This document shows, piece after piece, positions 1 to 12,354 of a DNA stretch of 64,000 bases; the first letter of the stretch is position 1, and each line of letters begins with the position of its first letter. A program made the translations under genes and the position numbers. A model generated the notes under the pieces. The model ran no database searches. It was not told where the DNA came from and was given only the letters and a program-made list of their open reading frames with translations. Origin of the DNA: Cetorhinus maximus. Taxonomy: Eukaryota. Where the stretch lies: assembly GCF_964194155.1 (NCBI RefSeq), contig NC_135901.1, forward strand, positions 22,940,001-23,004,000. The letters are read 5' to 3'.

Positions 1-1180
1 TCCCAACACATTAATAATCCGGATACTATTACATTAATAGTCTGGTGCCTATTGCATCAACAATCAGGATCTTATTGTATAAATAATCAATGTCTTATTA
101 CATTAATAATCAGGATTCTATTACATTACTTACACGATTCCAACTGCATTAATGTGGCAGATGAAGTTCAATGCAGAGGAGTGTGAGATGATTTGTTTTG
201 GCAGGAAAGATATGGAGAGACAGTATAAAATAAAGGGAGAGCCTCTAAAAGAGATGCAGGACCTCAGTGTATACGTACATAGGTCATTGAAGATGGCAGG
301 GCATGTTGAGACAGCAGTTAATAAAGAATATAGTATCTTAGGCTTTATTAATAGGGGCATTGAGTACAAGAGTAAGGATGTCATGTTGAACTTGTATAAG
401 ACACTAGTTAGGTCTCATCTGGAGTCTGCGTCCAGTTCCGGGCGCTATACTTGAGGAAGAATGTGAAGGCATTGGAGAGAGTACAGAGGAAATTCACAAG
501 AATGATTCCAGGGATAAATAATTGTAGTTATGAGGATAGATTGGAGAGATTGGGACTGTTTTCCTTGGAGAAAAGAAGGCTGAGAAGAGACTTGATAGAG
601 GTATTCAAGATCCTAAGGAGTATGGACAGGGTAAATAGTGAGAAACTGTTCCCACTCAAGAGAACATCAAGAACTAGAGGGCACAGGTAGAAAATAATTG
701 ACAAAAGCAGTAAATGTAATGTGAGGAAGATTTTTTTCACTCAGAGGGTGGTTGGAGTCTGGAACAAACTTCCTGAAAGAGTGGAGGATGCGGGTTTGAT
801 CGAGTTATTCAAAGGGGAATTGGATTTCTACCTGAAAAGGGAGAATGTGCAAGATTACGGGGTTAAGGCAGAAGAGTGGGACTAGGTGGGATGCTCTGTC
901 AGAGAGCCAGTGCAGACTCAATGGGCCGAATGGCCTCCTTCTGCACTGTAAAGATACTGTGATTAATGATCAGCTGCCTATTGCTTCAGTAATCAGGAAA
1001 TTATTGCAATTATCAGAATGCTAATACATTAATCCAAATTATTTCAATTAATAATCAGAGTCCTATCAACAATCAGAATCCAGTCACATTGTTTGCCAAT
1101 TGTGTCAATAATCAGGATCCTATAAATGAATAATCAGGATGGTATTACATTAATAATCAGAGATCAAATACATTAATAAT
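1..1180. repeat. AT-rich degenerate tandem repeat (attacattaataatcagg-like), split by a CR1
   Basis: Motif recurs at 1-150 and 962-1180; uninterrupted paralog at about 9370-9760. Confidence 0.75.
155..961 (+). mobile_element. 5'-truncated CR1 LINE (ORF2 C-terminus and 3' tail)
   Basis: WQMKFNAEEC, LERVQRKFTRMIPG, LERLGLFSLEKRRLR; tail ggccgaatggcctccttctg; TSD attaatg at 148-154 and 962-968. Confidence 0.9.
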
Positions 1181-1399
1181 CCCCCCAACCCGCTCAACAG
1201 CTGAAGCCCCTCACAACACCACCCCATCCCCGGCACGACAATTTTCCTCAAATGTTCACTCTGGGGTCACACGGAGTCTAAGGCATTAAAATGGGGTCAC
1301 ACTAGGAAAAAGTTTGGGAAGCACTGATTTAAACAACCCCTTTCTGGACTTGAAATGTACTTACCTCATGACTCATCTCATTATCAACATCACATCGCC

Positions 1400-2080
1400 C
1401 TGTTGTATCTCCCTGATAGAAGTTATTATTTTTTCTGGTTATCAGGTGTCGTTGTGGGCTGTTGTTTTCGGTGTAGGCGTCTGTTTCACTCCATTCTTCA
1501 CCCTGAAACTGTCGGAAGTAGTGCCGTCAAACTGTATGGTGTCCCCTTGAATGTTTGCCGCTGCGTCTCTATTGACCTATCCCTTGGCTTTACTTTGGCC
1601 GGTTCTGCTTTGACACCCTCATGGTTGCCCCTTTTTAGGTTTGAAAACAAAGTCTTGGATTCAGTCCCCTGTCCCTTGGACTGAATGTAGGGTTCAGGCA
1701 TATTGTGGTCGCTGCTGCCTAAGGGTGCCTTCACTGTGAGATTGTTGGTTGGTCCCATCTCGTTGCACAATTCCAGGTCTGGTGTGGCCTGCTCTCTGGT
1801 TGGATCCAGAATAACCTATTTCAGGAGACTGTCCTGGAAGCATTCTGTGAACCCCTCATCTGGGCTATCTTTGCCCATCTGACTTTTCCAGTCTATGTGT
1901 GGATTGGAATCTCCCGTGATTGTCGCTGTGTCTTTCTGACAGGCTCCCCAAATAATTTTCTTCATTTATGCTGCATCCTATCATGTAGTTACTATTCGGA
2001 GGCTTGTACACGACAAAAGCCAGGAAATCATTGTTAACCCAATACAAGGCTCTAGTTCAATCCCAGCTGGAATATTAGCT
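1400..2080 (-). mobile_element. CR1 ORF2 endonuclease-region fragment
   Basis: Minus-strand peptides VVYKPPNS and LGSSDHN (APE motifs). Confidence 0.7.
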
Positions 2081-2629
2081 GGAATCTTTTGTTCTGGATT
2101 CTAGGTTTGGTGGCGGGTATGGAAGTCGGAGTGATTTCCGCTAGGGAGGGAGCAGTGGGGGTGCAGAGGGATGGCTGACCACGCACAATCTTGCACCGTT
2201 CAGCTCATTAAATCTGCACTTGTGAGGTGCTCAGCGATTCTTGTGCCGGGTGCAGTCTGGAAGTCTCCGTTCCCACCATTACCTCATGGGGTCGAAGGTC
2301 CAGGCACCATATTTAAAGGGAAATGGGATTAGAATAGTTGGGTACTTGTTTGACCGGTGCAGACTCGATGGGCCGAAGGGCCTTTTCCTGTGCTGTAGAC
2401 CTCTATGACTCTACGACTCTATAAATGTGGGTGAGTGAAGGAAATGCAGCAATGGATTTGTTAATGAGAAATCATCTTTAAAACTAACTTTACTGATCCT
2501 GGAGCAGGAGGAGAGAATGGTGTGAATTTCTATCCTGGACTAACAGGGATGGATTTTGGAAACTCCTTTTACACGGGGTTAGAAGAGGAGGATTTACAGA
2601 CGGAAAAGCCAAACAGACCTGGAGCCTGA

Positions 2630-2731
2630 AACAAAAACAAAAATAGCTGGAAAATCTCAGCAGGTCTGACAGCATCTGAGAAAAGGAACACAGTTAACGT
2701 TTCGAGTCCGTATGACTTTTCATCAGAAGTA
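2630..2731 (-). mobile_element. Short Penelope-end remnant with hammerhead-like motif
   Basis: Minus strand ctgatgaaaagtcatacggactcgaaacgttaac; flanked by agacctgga(g/t)cctga at 2615-2629 and 2732-2746. Confidence 0.75.
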
Positions 2732-2891
2732 AGACCTGGATCCTGATTCCCTTCCCTGAAGGATATTAGTGATGCAGTTGGGTTCGGCTCCACAAATGAC
2801 CAGATTCATTCAGCTCAATTTCACAACCTACGTTTGTCTTTGTGTGGCTTCTCTCTCACTCCCTCTTTCCTGTTTTAAATCGGTTTCATAG

Positions 2892-4206
2892 GATATTAGA
2901 AGCAGAGGAATTGCAGTCAGGAAATTTAAATCAAACACCACATTAGGATCTGACAGAGTCTCTCGATTCATCAGAACCTGAATATCATCAGCCTTTGAAC
3001 ATGGAAGTAAAAAGCACCATTCACACTGAGGAGAAACCAGGGAAATGTGGGGACTATGGGAAGGGACTCAATTACCCGTCTGAGCTAGAAATTTATCAGT
3101 GCTGTCACACTGGGGAGAGGACATTTCCCCACTTTGACTGTGGGAAAGAATTAATTGATTCAACCAACCTGCTGACACACCAGTGAGTTCACACTGAGGA
3201 GAGGCCATTCACCTGCTCCGAGTGTGGGAAGGGATTCACAAAGTCAAACCACCTGCTGAAACATCAGCGAGTTCTCACTGGGGAGAGACCGTTCACCTGC
3301 TCCAAGTGTGGGAAGGGATTCATTCGTTCATCCAACCTGCTGACACACCGAAGAGTTCATACTGGGGAGAGGCCGTTCGTCTGCACCAAGTGTGGGAAAG
3401 GATTCGCTCAGTCGTCCACCCTGCTGATACACCAGCGTGGTCACAGTGGGGAGAGACTGTTCACCTGCTTCGAGTGTGGGAAGGGATTTACTTGTTCATC
3501 CAACTTGATGAGACACCAGCGAGTTCACACTGACAAGAGACCTTTTAAATGCTTGGACTGTGAGAAGTGCTATAAAACCTCAGGTCAACTTATGTCCCAG
3601 CAACATATTCACACTGACGAGAGACCGTTCAGGTGCTCTCACTGCGGGAGTAGGTTCAGGCGATCATCTGAACTCACTGTACACCAACGAATTCACACTG
3701 GGGAGAAACCATTCCTCTGCTCCGAGTGTGGGATGGGATTCACTCAGTCAGCCAATCTGCTGTCACACCAGCGAGTTCACACTGACGAGAGACCTTTTAA
3801 ATGCAAAAACTGCAGGAAATGCTTTAAAAGTTCTGGTGAACTGATGCGCCATCAACGAGTCCACACTGATGAGAGACCTTTTAAATGCCCAGACTGTGGG
3901 AAGTGCTATAAAAGGTCTGGGGATCTGATGTCCCATCAACGTATTCGCACTGACGAGAGACCATTCAGATGCTCGCACTGTGAGATTGGGTTCAGGCAAT
4001 TGTCTCAGCTCACTGAACACCAGCGAATTCACACTGGAGAGAGGCCGTTCACAAGCTCCGAGTATGGGAAGGGATTTACTCAGTCAGCCCATCTGCAGAC
4101 ACACCAACGGGTTCACAGTGTGGAGAGACCAGTCACCTGTTTCATGTGTGGGAAGAGATTCACTCGGTCATCCACACTTATGAGTCACCAGCGAGTTCAC
4201 AAATAA
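2892..4206 (+). pseudogene. C2H2 ZF unit 1 (MEVK-type start); in-frame stop and several degenerate fingers
   Basis: ORFs 2995-3186 and 3505-4206 are in one frame; TGA at 3184 in HQ*VH; 12 repeats follow, about 4 lacking a Cys/His; acceptor ttcatag at 2885-2891. Confidence 0.8.
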
Positions 4207-4989
4207 TTACAGTGATTGGATTTTGCTGTTAATCATGCCTAGGACTGAACCATGTTCATTGGGGTCTGTTTCTGCTGATGTTAATAAACTCCAGCCCAGT
4301 TATAATGGTTAATATTTTGGATAAAAGTCAAATAAATCAACTTTGTTCTAAACTCACAGTGTGGTGAAACTTCTAATATCTCTAACAGAAGTTAGTTCCT
4401 TTTGAAGTGCTCTCCCTTTCCCCGTATCCTCCTCCTCACCTCAAACAACAAGTGTGAGGAGCTCATGGAACTTCTTTGTCACTAAGATTGAGACAATCTG
4501 ATCAGCTGCCTCTGCTGCTTCCCTCCCTTCCACTAACCTACCTGGAAAAGTTGTATCTGAAGCGCCTTCTTGTCCAAGCTCTGCACTTGCATCTTTCTCC
4601 AGTTTCTCTCCTATCTTCTATCTCCCTCAGCTCATTTTGTCTCTGAGACCTGCCTTCCGCTTCTTTGACACTATTCTCACTAAACTGCTGACCATCCAAC
4701 TTCCACATTTTAGACAATATCCTTAACAGTTGGTTCTCTTTTCATACTGTCCCTCTCACCTTTAAATCCACTGTTATCTCTCATCATAAGAAAATCCTTT
4801 GACCCCACCATCCTCCCCCACTCTCTTTTCTCTGACTTTTTACTTGCTGGTAAACTGTTCGATCTCTAATTTTTTTTTCAGTTTGGATCAAAGGTTCCTG
4901 ACCTGAAGCATTCACTCTGTTTCCCTCTCTATAGATGCTCTTTAACCTGCTCAGAGTTTCCAATATTTTCTGTTTTGAGGTCAAACAAA

Positions 4990-5255
4990 TATACGAATTA
5001 GGAGGAGGAATAGGCCACTCGGCCCCTTGAGCCTAATCTAATTGAGCTGATCTAATTGCAAGCTTAACTCCACATTCCTGCCCACCCCGATAACTTTTCA
5101 CCTCCTTGCTTATCAAGAATCTATCGAGCTCTGCCTTTAAAATATTCAAAGACTCTGTTTCCACCGCCTTTTGAGGAAGACAATTCCAAGGACTCATGAC
5201 CCTCTGAGATAAAAAACTTCTCTTCATCTCTGTCTTAAATGGGCCACCCCTTATT
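4990..5255 (-). mobile_element. CR1 3' end fragment
   Basis: FLSQRVMSPWNCLPQKAVE...LKAELDRFL. Confidence 0.8.
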
Positions 5256-5429
5256 CCGCCCCCCCCCCCCCCCAGTTCTAGGTCGGATTTCCACCTAGAG
5301 TATTACAGTATTTTGTTTTTGGGTCAGAGAGGATCAGTTTTCTCTGGAATGAGACATCAGTAACTATCACCCTGTTCGACATGAAACTAAACTCACTGTT
5401 AATTCCTCATCAGTAACAATTTTAAACAC

Positions 5430-5501
5430 AGTTTCCAGCCGGGATTGAACCGGGGGCTTTCCCATGTAAAGTAAACGTGATAATCACTGCACTGGGGAAA
5501 T
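5430..5501 (-). pseudogene. tRNA-Val(TAC)-like pseudogene
   Basis: Minus strand TTTCCCCAGTGCAGTGATTATCACGTTTACTTTACATGGGAAAGCCCCCGGTTCAATCCCGGCTGGAAAC is colinear with vertebrate tRNA-Val; mismatched stems. Confidence 0.7.
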
Positions 5502-5599
5502 GAATGTGAATCCCCCCCCCGGGACAGAGGGGAACTGACCATCCATCTCTAGCTCTAATTCCCAAACAGAAAATGCTGCCAAGAATCAGCAAGTCAGGC

Positions 5600-5980
5600 T
5601 GAGTCTGTGGCCGCTCTCGGCGTTTGAAACCGTCACAATGCCCAGGTGATTGACGGCAGCTCCAGACCAATAGGAAGAGGGTGCGCGGCTGGAGGTCCCA
5701 GCAGCTGGATCTGGTCCTCCAACCAATCGGAGTGAACGAGGAGGCGGGGCCAGGCTGTGACTGAAGCATGCGCAGCGCGGGTAATGACGATGGAGAGACG
5801 GGTCCACAATGGGTAAAGGGGGGAGAGGACGGGGCGGAGGAAGCGATGGATCCGGCGGGTGGACGGAGAGGCTCCGGAAACATGTTGTGTAAACCGCAAA
5901 CCCCGGAAATAAACTGACCGGTTCCCCCTCCCCCGTTTACACCGAGCGGGGCGGCAGCTCCCAGATCAATGAAGAGCCGG
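5600..5980. promoter_or_regulatory. CpG-rich promoter upstream of ZF unit 2
   Basis: Two CCAAT, GC box aggcggggc, gcatgcgc; homologous to 62410-62600. Confidence 0.7.
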
Positions 5981-6571
5981 TTTGTATCAGTTTGGACATT
6001 GGTTTCAGAGGCTGGTCCCTGGTCTCCAGCGTCGGTTCTTCATCATTGAATCATTGAATGGTTACAATACAGACGGAGGCCATTCAGCCTGTCCTGGCTC
6101 TCTGCAAGAGCAAATCAGCTAGTCCCACTCCCCTGCCCTTCACTAACAAGACCAGCAGCAGATATTTCCCATCCCCAGTTACCTGTGGAGAAGATGATGT
6201 TTGACCTTCTTGAACCACTGCAGTCCATGTGGTGAAGATGCTCCCACAACGATGGACAATACAGACTGGGTGGCAGATTCCCTTCCCAAAAGGACATTAG
6301 TGAACCAGTTGGGTTTTTACAAAAAATGCAGCAGCTTTAATGGTCACTTCTTCCTAGTGCCAACCGTAAAAATTACCAGGTTCATTCGGCTTAGTTTCAC
6401 AACCTGCCTTTGTGTTTTTGTGGGTTCTCTTTCACTCATTTATTTTCTGTTTTAAATTAATTTCACAGGGTATTAGAAGGGCAGGATTTGCAGTCGTGAA
6501 ATTCAAACCAAACATCACATCGGGACCTGACAAGAGTTGCCAATTTACCATAACCTGAATATCATCACATT

Positions 6572-7015
6572 TTGAACATGGAAGGAAAAAACACCATTCA
6601 GATGGGGGAGAAACCGTGGAAATGTGGAGACTGTGAGGAAGGATTCAGATCCCCATGTAAACTGGAAGCTCATCGGCGCAGTCACACTGGGGAGAGGCAA
6701 TTCACCTGCCCTGAGTGTGGGAAGGGATTCAGTCGGTCATCCAAGCTGCTGCAACACCAGAGAGCTCACAATGGGGAAAGGCCATTCACCTGCTCCCAGT
6801 GTGAGAAGGGATTCGCTCAGTCATCCCATTTAGTGAGACACCAGCGAGTTCATAGTGGGGAGAGGCTGTTTACCTGTTCCGAGTGTGGGAAGGGATTCAC
6901 TCGATCATCAGGGCTGCTGACGCACCAGCGAGTTCACACTGGGGAGAGGCCGTTCATCTGCTCCCAGTGTGGAAAGGGATTTGCTCAGTCATCCAACTTG
7001 CTGAAACACCAGTGA
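6572..7015 (+). CDS. C2H2 ZF unit 2 (MEGK-type), 4 complete fingers; 5th cut by a stop
   Basis: TGERPF linkers; ends HQ*VHR; acceptor tttcacag at 6461-6468; AATAAA-like 3' UTR shared with unit 1. Confidence 0.7.
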   Translation: MNMEGKNTIQMGEKPWKCGDCEEGFRSPCKLEAHRRSHTGERQFTCPECGKGFSRSSKLLQHQRAHNGERPFTCSQCEKGFAQSSHLVRHQRVHSGERLFTCSECGKGFTRSSGLLTHQRVHTGERPFICSQCGKGFAQSSNLLKHQ

Positions 7016-7659
7016 GTTCACAGGTAACTATGGTGATGGATTTTGCTGTTAATCACATCCAGGACTGAACCATGTTCATTGGCGTCTGTCGCTGCTGATG
7101 TTCATAAACTCCAGTCATATGGATTAATAGTCTGGATAAAAGTCAAGTAAATCAGCTTTGTGTTAAACATAGCGTGTTGAATCTTTTTAATATCTCTAAC
7201 ATAAGTTAGTTCCTTTTGAAGGGCTCTCCCTCTCCCCTGTCTCCTCCATCCTCACCTCCAACAACAAGTGTGATGGAGCATCTTTGTCCCTAAGATTGAG
7301 ACAATCTGATCAGCTGCCTCTGCTGCTTCCCTCCCTTCCACTAGCGCACTGGGAAAAACTGTCTCTGAAGTCCCCCCTTGTCCGAGCCCTGATCTCACAT
7401 CTTTCTCCAGTTTCGCCCCTATCTTCTGTTTCCCTCAGAGCTCACCTTATCCATGAGACCTGCCTTCTGCTCCCTTAATCCTATTCTCACTAAACTGCTG
7501 ACCATCCAGCTTCCATATTTTAGCTAACCTTGTTGGCAGTTCTCTGTCTCTTCTGGTTCTGTCCCTCACCTTTAAATCCACCGTCCTCACCCATCATTAC
7601 AAAAACAACCTTTGAACTCACCAGCTTTGCAAACTAACGTCCCATCTCCAATTCTCCTT

Positions 7660-8690
7660 TCCTATCCTTGGGAGTCTCCCCAAGGATCAATCCTTGGCCC
7701 TTCCTATTTCTCATCTACATGTTGCCACAAGGTGACATCATCCAAAAGCACTGTGTTAGTTTTCACATGTACACTGACAACGCCCAGCTCTACCTCACCA
7801 CCATCCCTCTCCATTCCTCCACTGTTACTAAATTATCAAACTGCTTCTCCCACATCCAGTACTGGATGAGCAGAAATTTCCTCCAATTAAAAATTGGGAA
7901 GATCAAAGCCATTGTCTTCGGTCACTACTACAAATTCAGTTCCCTAACTACCTAGTCCATCCCTCTCCCTGGGAACTCTCTGAGGCTGAACCACACTCTT
8001 CACAATCTTGGTGTCAGATTTAACTCCAAGATGAGTCTCTGACCACATATCTACACCATCACTAATACCAGATATTTCAATCTCCATAACGTCACCCGTC
8101 TCCACTCCACCACAGCTCATCTGCTGCTGAAACCCTCATCAATGCCTGTGTTACCTTTAAACTTGACGATTCCAAAACATTCCTGACCAGACTCTCACCC
8201 CACCCCCACACAGAAATGTGAGATCATCCAAAACTCTGCTGCCCCTGTTCTTTCTCACACCGTTCACTCATCACCCCCTGTGCTTGCTGATCTACATTGG
8301 CTCCTGGTCAAACAATGCCTCAATTTCAAAATTCACATCCTCATTTTCAAATCCCAACATGGCCTTGACCCTCCCTATCTCTGTAATCTCCAGTTTCACA
8401 TCCTCTATTATATCTGTGCTTCTCATTCTGGCCTCTTCAACATCCCTGATTTTAATTACTCCACCAGTGGTGGCAGGGCCAAGGCATGAAACTCTGAAAT
8501 TCCCTCCCTAAATTCTCTATCTCTCTCCTGATTGAAGATTCTTGTTCAAATCTGCCTCTCCAGTCAATGTTTTGGCCATGTACCTTAATGTTGCCCTATG
8601 TGTCAATATTTTCTTTATGAAACTCCTCTGAAGTACCTTGGGATGTTTTATTACGTTAATTGTATTATATAAATACAAGTTGTTACTGTT
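7660..8690 (+). mobile_element. L2-clade LINE RT/3' fragment
   Basis: FLFLIYMLP...SFHMYTDNAQLY, WMSRNFLQL, LADLHWLLVKQ; tail aaatacaagttgtt. Confidence 0.8.
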
Positions 8691-8894
8691 TCAGAGCAAC
8701 CAGTTTGCGCACAGTAAAATTCCATAAGCAGCAATCAGACGAATACCAATTAATCCAGTTTTTTTGGTGGTGTTAGTTAGAACATGAATGTTGGCCGCAC
8801 TGCACCAGGAGAACTCCCCAGTGGACAGTACGTGAAGCTGAAAGCTCTTGTGTTCATTTAGAACCTTTCACATCCTCAGAACAGTGTCGGGTGG

Positions 8895-9366
8895 GGGGAG
8901 GCAGTGATGTAGTGTTACTACATTGTCACTGGACTAGTAATCCAGGAACCCAGGGTAATGCTCGGGGGATCTGGGTTCAAATCCCACCAAGGCAGGTGAT
9001 GGAATTTGAATTCAATAAAAATCTGGAATTAAAAGTCCAATGACAGCCATGAAACCATTGTTCATTGTTGTAAAAACCTATCTGGTTCATTGATGCCCTT
9101 AAGGGAAGGAAATCTGCTGTCCTTCCCTGGTCTGGTCTATGTGTGACTCCAGACCCACAGCAAGGTGGTTGGCTTTTAAACACCCTCTGAATCGGCCCAG
9201 CAAACTACTCGGTTGTATCAAAACCACTAAAAACAAGTCAGCGCTGTGGGTGTACCTGCACCATATGGACTGCAGCAGTTCAAGAAAGCAGCTCACCACC
9301 ACCTTCTCAAGGGTAATCAGGGATCAGCAGTAAATGTGACGCCCACATCCCATGAATGAATAAAAA
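8895..9366 (+). mobile_element. tRNA-headed SINE family A
   Basis: Head gcagtgatgtagtg...gggttcaaatcccacc; tail cacatcccatgaatgaataaaaa; further copies listed below. Confidence 0.75.
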
Positions 9367-9369
9367 CAT

Positions 9370-9760
9370 GTATCAATAATCAGGATACTGTTACATTAAT
9401 CATCAGAATCCTATTGCATCAATAATGATGATCCTATTACATTAATGTTCAGGTCCCTATTACAATAATGATCAGAGTCCAATTACTTTAATATTCAGGA
9501 TCCCAACATCTTAACAATCAGCATATTATTACATTAATAGTTTGGTACATTTTGCATCAACAATCAGGATGTTATTGTGTAAATAATCAGTGTCCTATTA
9601 CATTAATAATTAGGATTCTATTACATTAATAATCAGGATCTAATTACATTAATTACACAGTTCCCACAGCATTAATAATCAGTTGCTTATTGCTGCAATA
9701 ATCAGGAACTTATTGCAATTATCAGAATGCTAATACAATAATCAAAATTATTTCAATGAT
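9370..9760. repeat. AT-rich degenerate tandem repeat, paralog of 1-1180
   Basis: Colinear with 1-150 plus 962-1050, without the CR1. Confidence 0.75.
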
Positions 9761-10394
9761 GATAGAAAGGTAGGTAGGAGAGTAAGCTGTGAAGAGGACA
9801 TAAGGAGGCTACAAAGGGACACGGATAGGTTAAGTGAACGGGCAAAAATCTGGCAAATGGGGTGTAATGTGGGCAGATGTGGCATTGCCCATTTTGGCAG
9901 AAAGAATAAAAAAGAAGCATATTGTCTAAATGGTGAGAGATTGCAGAGCTCTGAGATTTTATTTATTCATTCACAGGATGTGAGCTTTGCTGCCTGGGCC
10001 AGCATTTACTGCCTATCCCTAGTTGCCCTTGAGAAGGTGGTGGTGAGCTGCCTTCTTGAACCGCTGCCAGTGGAGAGTTTTCCCCTTGATTCCCATTGAC
10101 TTCAGTTCAACTACAGTTCTGCTTTTGCAGACCATTTCAGTGGAAATTTGCACTCTTAAACTCAAAGAGCATCAGCCCACTGAAAGCAAAGTCAGTCCAG
10201 CAGAGCATGAGCCCACTGGAAGAAAAATCAGTCTAGCAAAAAGAAACCCTTCGACCCTCCCACTTCAGCAAGTGTCAAAATGAACATGGCTCAGTTCGGA
10301 TGAGATTAACAGCAGCAATAATAGCAGAATCCAACCCCTACAATCAACCATGAACTTGCTGGTGTGTCTGCAAGTTTGATAACTGAGTGAATCC

Positions 10395-10850
10395 CTACCC
10401 ACACTCAGAGCAGGTGAATGGCCTCTCCCCAATGTGAACTCGCTGGTGATGCTGCAGATTGGAAGACAGACTGAATCCCTTCCCACATTCAGAGCAGGTG
10501 AACGGCCTCTCCTCAGTGTGAATTCGTTGGTGATTCCACAGGTCGGATGACTGGAGAAAACACTTCCCACACTCAGAGCAGGTGAATGGCCTCTCCCCGG
10601 TGTGACCACATTGATGAATCTTCAGTGCAGACGGGGTACAGAATCCTTTCCCACACTCAGAGCAGGCGAATGGCCTCTCCCCGGTGTGACCACGTTGATG
10701 AATCTTCAGTGCAGACAGGGTACAAAATCCTTTTCCACACACAGAGCATGTGAATGGCCTCTCCCCAGTGTGAACACATCGATGGGTTTCCAGTGCAGAC
10801 GGGATCCGGAATCCCTTTCCACAATCCCCACATTTCCACGGTTTCTCCAT
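10395..10850 (-). CDS. C2H2 ZF unit 3 (MEKPWKC start), 5 fingers; 6th broken by TAG
   Basis: ORF 10395-10850; remnant GFTQLSNLQTHQQVH after the stop; acceptor near 11166. Confidence 0.7.
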   Translation of the reverse strand: MEKPWKCGDCGKGFRIPSALETHRCVHTGERPFTCSVCGKGFCTLSALKIHQRGHTGERPFACSECGKGFCTPSALKIHQCGHTGERPFTCSECGKCFLQSSDLWNHQRIHTEERPFTCSECGKGFSLSSNLQHHQRVHIGERPFTCSECG

Positions 10851-11377
10851 GGTGGGGGTTTCCTTCTTTCTTTCCAGGTTTGACGGTCAGTTGAAGCCTC
10901 ATCCACACACACAACACGTGTACCGTCTCTCCCTGTTATGAATGGTATGATGCACTGGAATACACTCACTCAGGTCTCTCTGTCTCGGTGATTTTCCAGT
11001 CACACTGATGTTTTAAATCTTTTGGAGCAGACAAAACAGACAAACATTTCTTCTTCTAGATTCAAAGGCCGATAATATTCAGGTCCCAATGAATCAGGTG
11101 ACTGTTAGATTCTTACATGACGTTTGGTTTGATAATCTGTCTGCAAATCCGCCCATTCCAATATCCTGAAAAGGAGTTTACAAAGGTCACCATTGTCAGT
11201 ACAGGATAGAAATTTGGACCAGGCAATTCTAGTTCCGATGGATGATTCTTTCCTCTCTTGTTCCTCAAAAGCTGTAAATCTTCATCCCACATACTTTCCC
11301 TCCATTCTCACTCTACTATACCTAATATGCACCCTTCCGATTCTCCTGAAGGTACAAAACATGCTGATCTACTGATC

Positions 11378-11607
11378 AAAAACAGAATTACCTGGAAAAA
11401 CTCAGCAAGTCTGGCAGCATCGGCGGAGAAGAAATCAGTTAACGTTTCGAGCCTTCATGGCCCTTCGGTTCTGCCGAAGGGCCATGAAGGCTCGAAACGT
11501 TAACTGATTTCTTCTCCGCCGATGCTGCCAGACTTGCTGAGCTTTTCCAGGTAATTCTGTTTTTGTTTTGGATTTCCAGCATCCGCAGTAGCTTTTAGCT
11601 TTTTGTT
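11378..11607. mobile_element. Palindromic Penelope-end mini element with 14-bp TSD
   Basis: About 92-bp inverted arms 11377-11468 and 11474-11565; TSD ctgatctactgatc at 11364-11377 and 11608-11621. Confidence 0.85.
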
Positions 11608-12354
11608 CTGATCTACTGATCTATGCTTACCAGTTCAAAATATCTATTGGACAAAAATTCATGTAACATCGAGTACTGTATTACATGATACATGGGGGAT
11701 GTAAGGAAGTACTTTATTTGGGAAGTGAGTGGTCATGACATGGAACTCTCCACTTAAGAGGGTAGTGGAAGCAGAGACGATCAATGTTTTTAAAATGAAA
11801 TGGGATGGCACTTGAAGGAAATAAATTTGCAGGGGAATGGGGATATAGAGGGGGAATGAGACTGACTGACTGAATTGCTTGACAGAGAGTCAGCATTGAC
11901 TCATGTTGCCAAATGGATTTCTTCTGTGCTGTAATGACTATGACTGGAAATATACTAAGTAGCTACAGTACTATATTGCAAGACTAGAAATAATGATAAA
12001 TGTACTTTATTACAGAAACATTAAAAATGTATCAAATATACAGCATATGACAACACAACATACTTTGTCCCATATTAATTTACTGTCCCCTTAAATGCCA
12101 GCCATCTCCTGGGGAAACCGCCTCTTTAATTAGAAACATTAGGAACGAGGCCATCCTTTTCACCAGACAAATAAATATGTCGAGCTGAGGGAGCAAAGGA
12201 TACCAATGTCTTTAAGAGTGAGAGAGACCTGGGCCAACTTTTCCAGAGTCTGCACCCTCCCTGGATTCACTTCCTTTCCCTTCAGTTCCAGCAAGTCAAC
12301 AATTTAAACCATAATTAGAAAAGAAATGGAAAGGAGGAGAAAAGAAAGTGTTTT

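Noticed and set aside
1255-1326. Possible hAT terminal repeat (aagtttgggaagcactg)
   Set aside because: Matching other end and TSD not found
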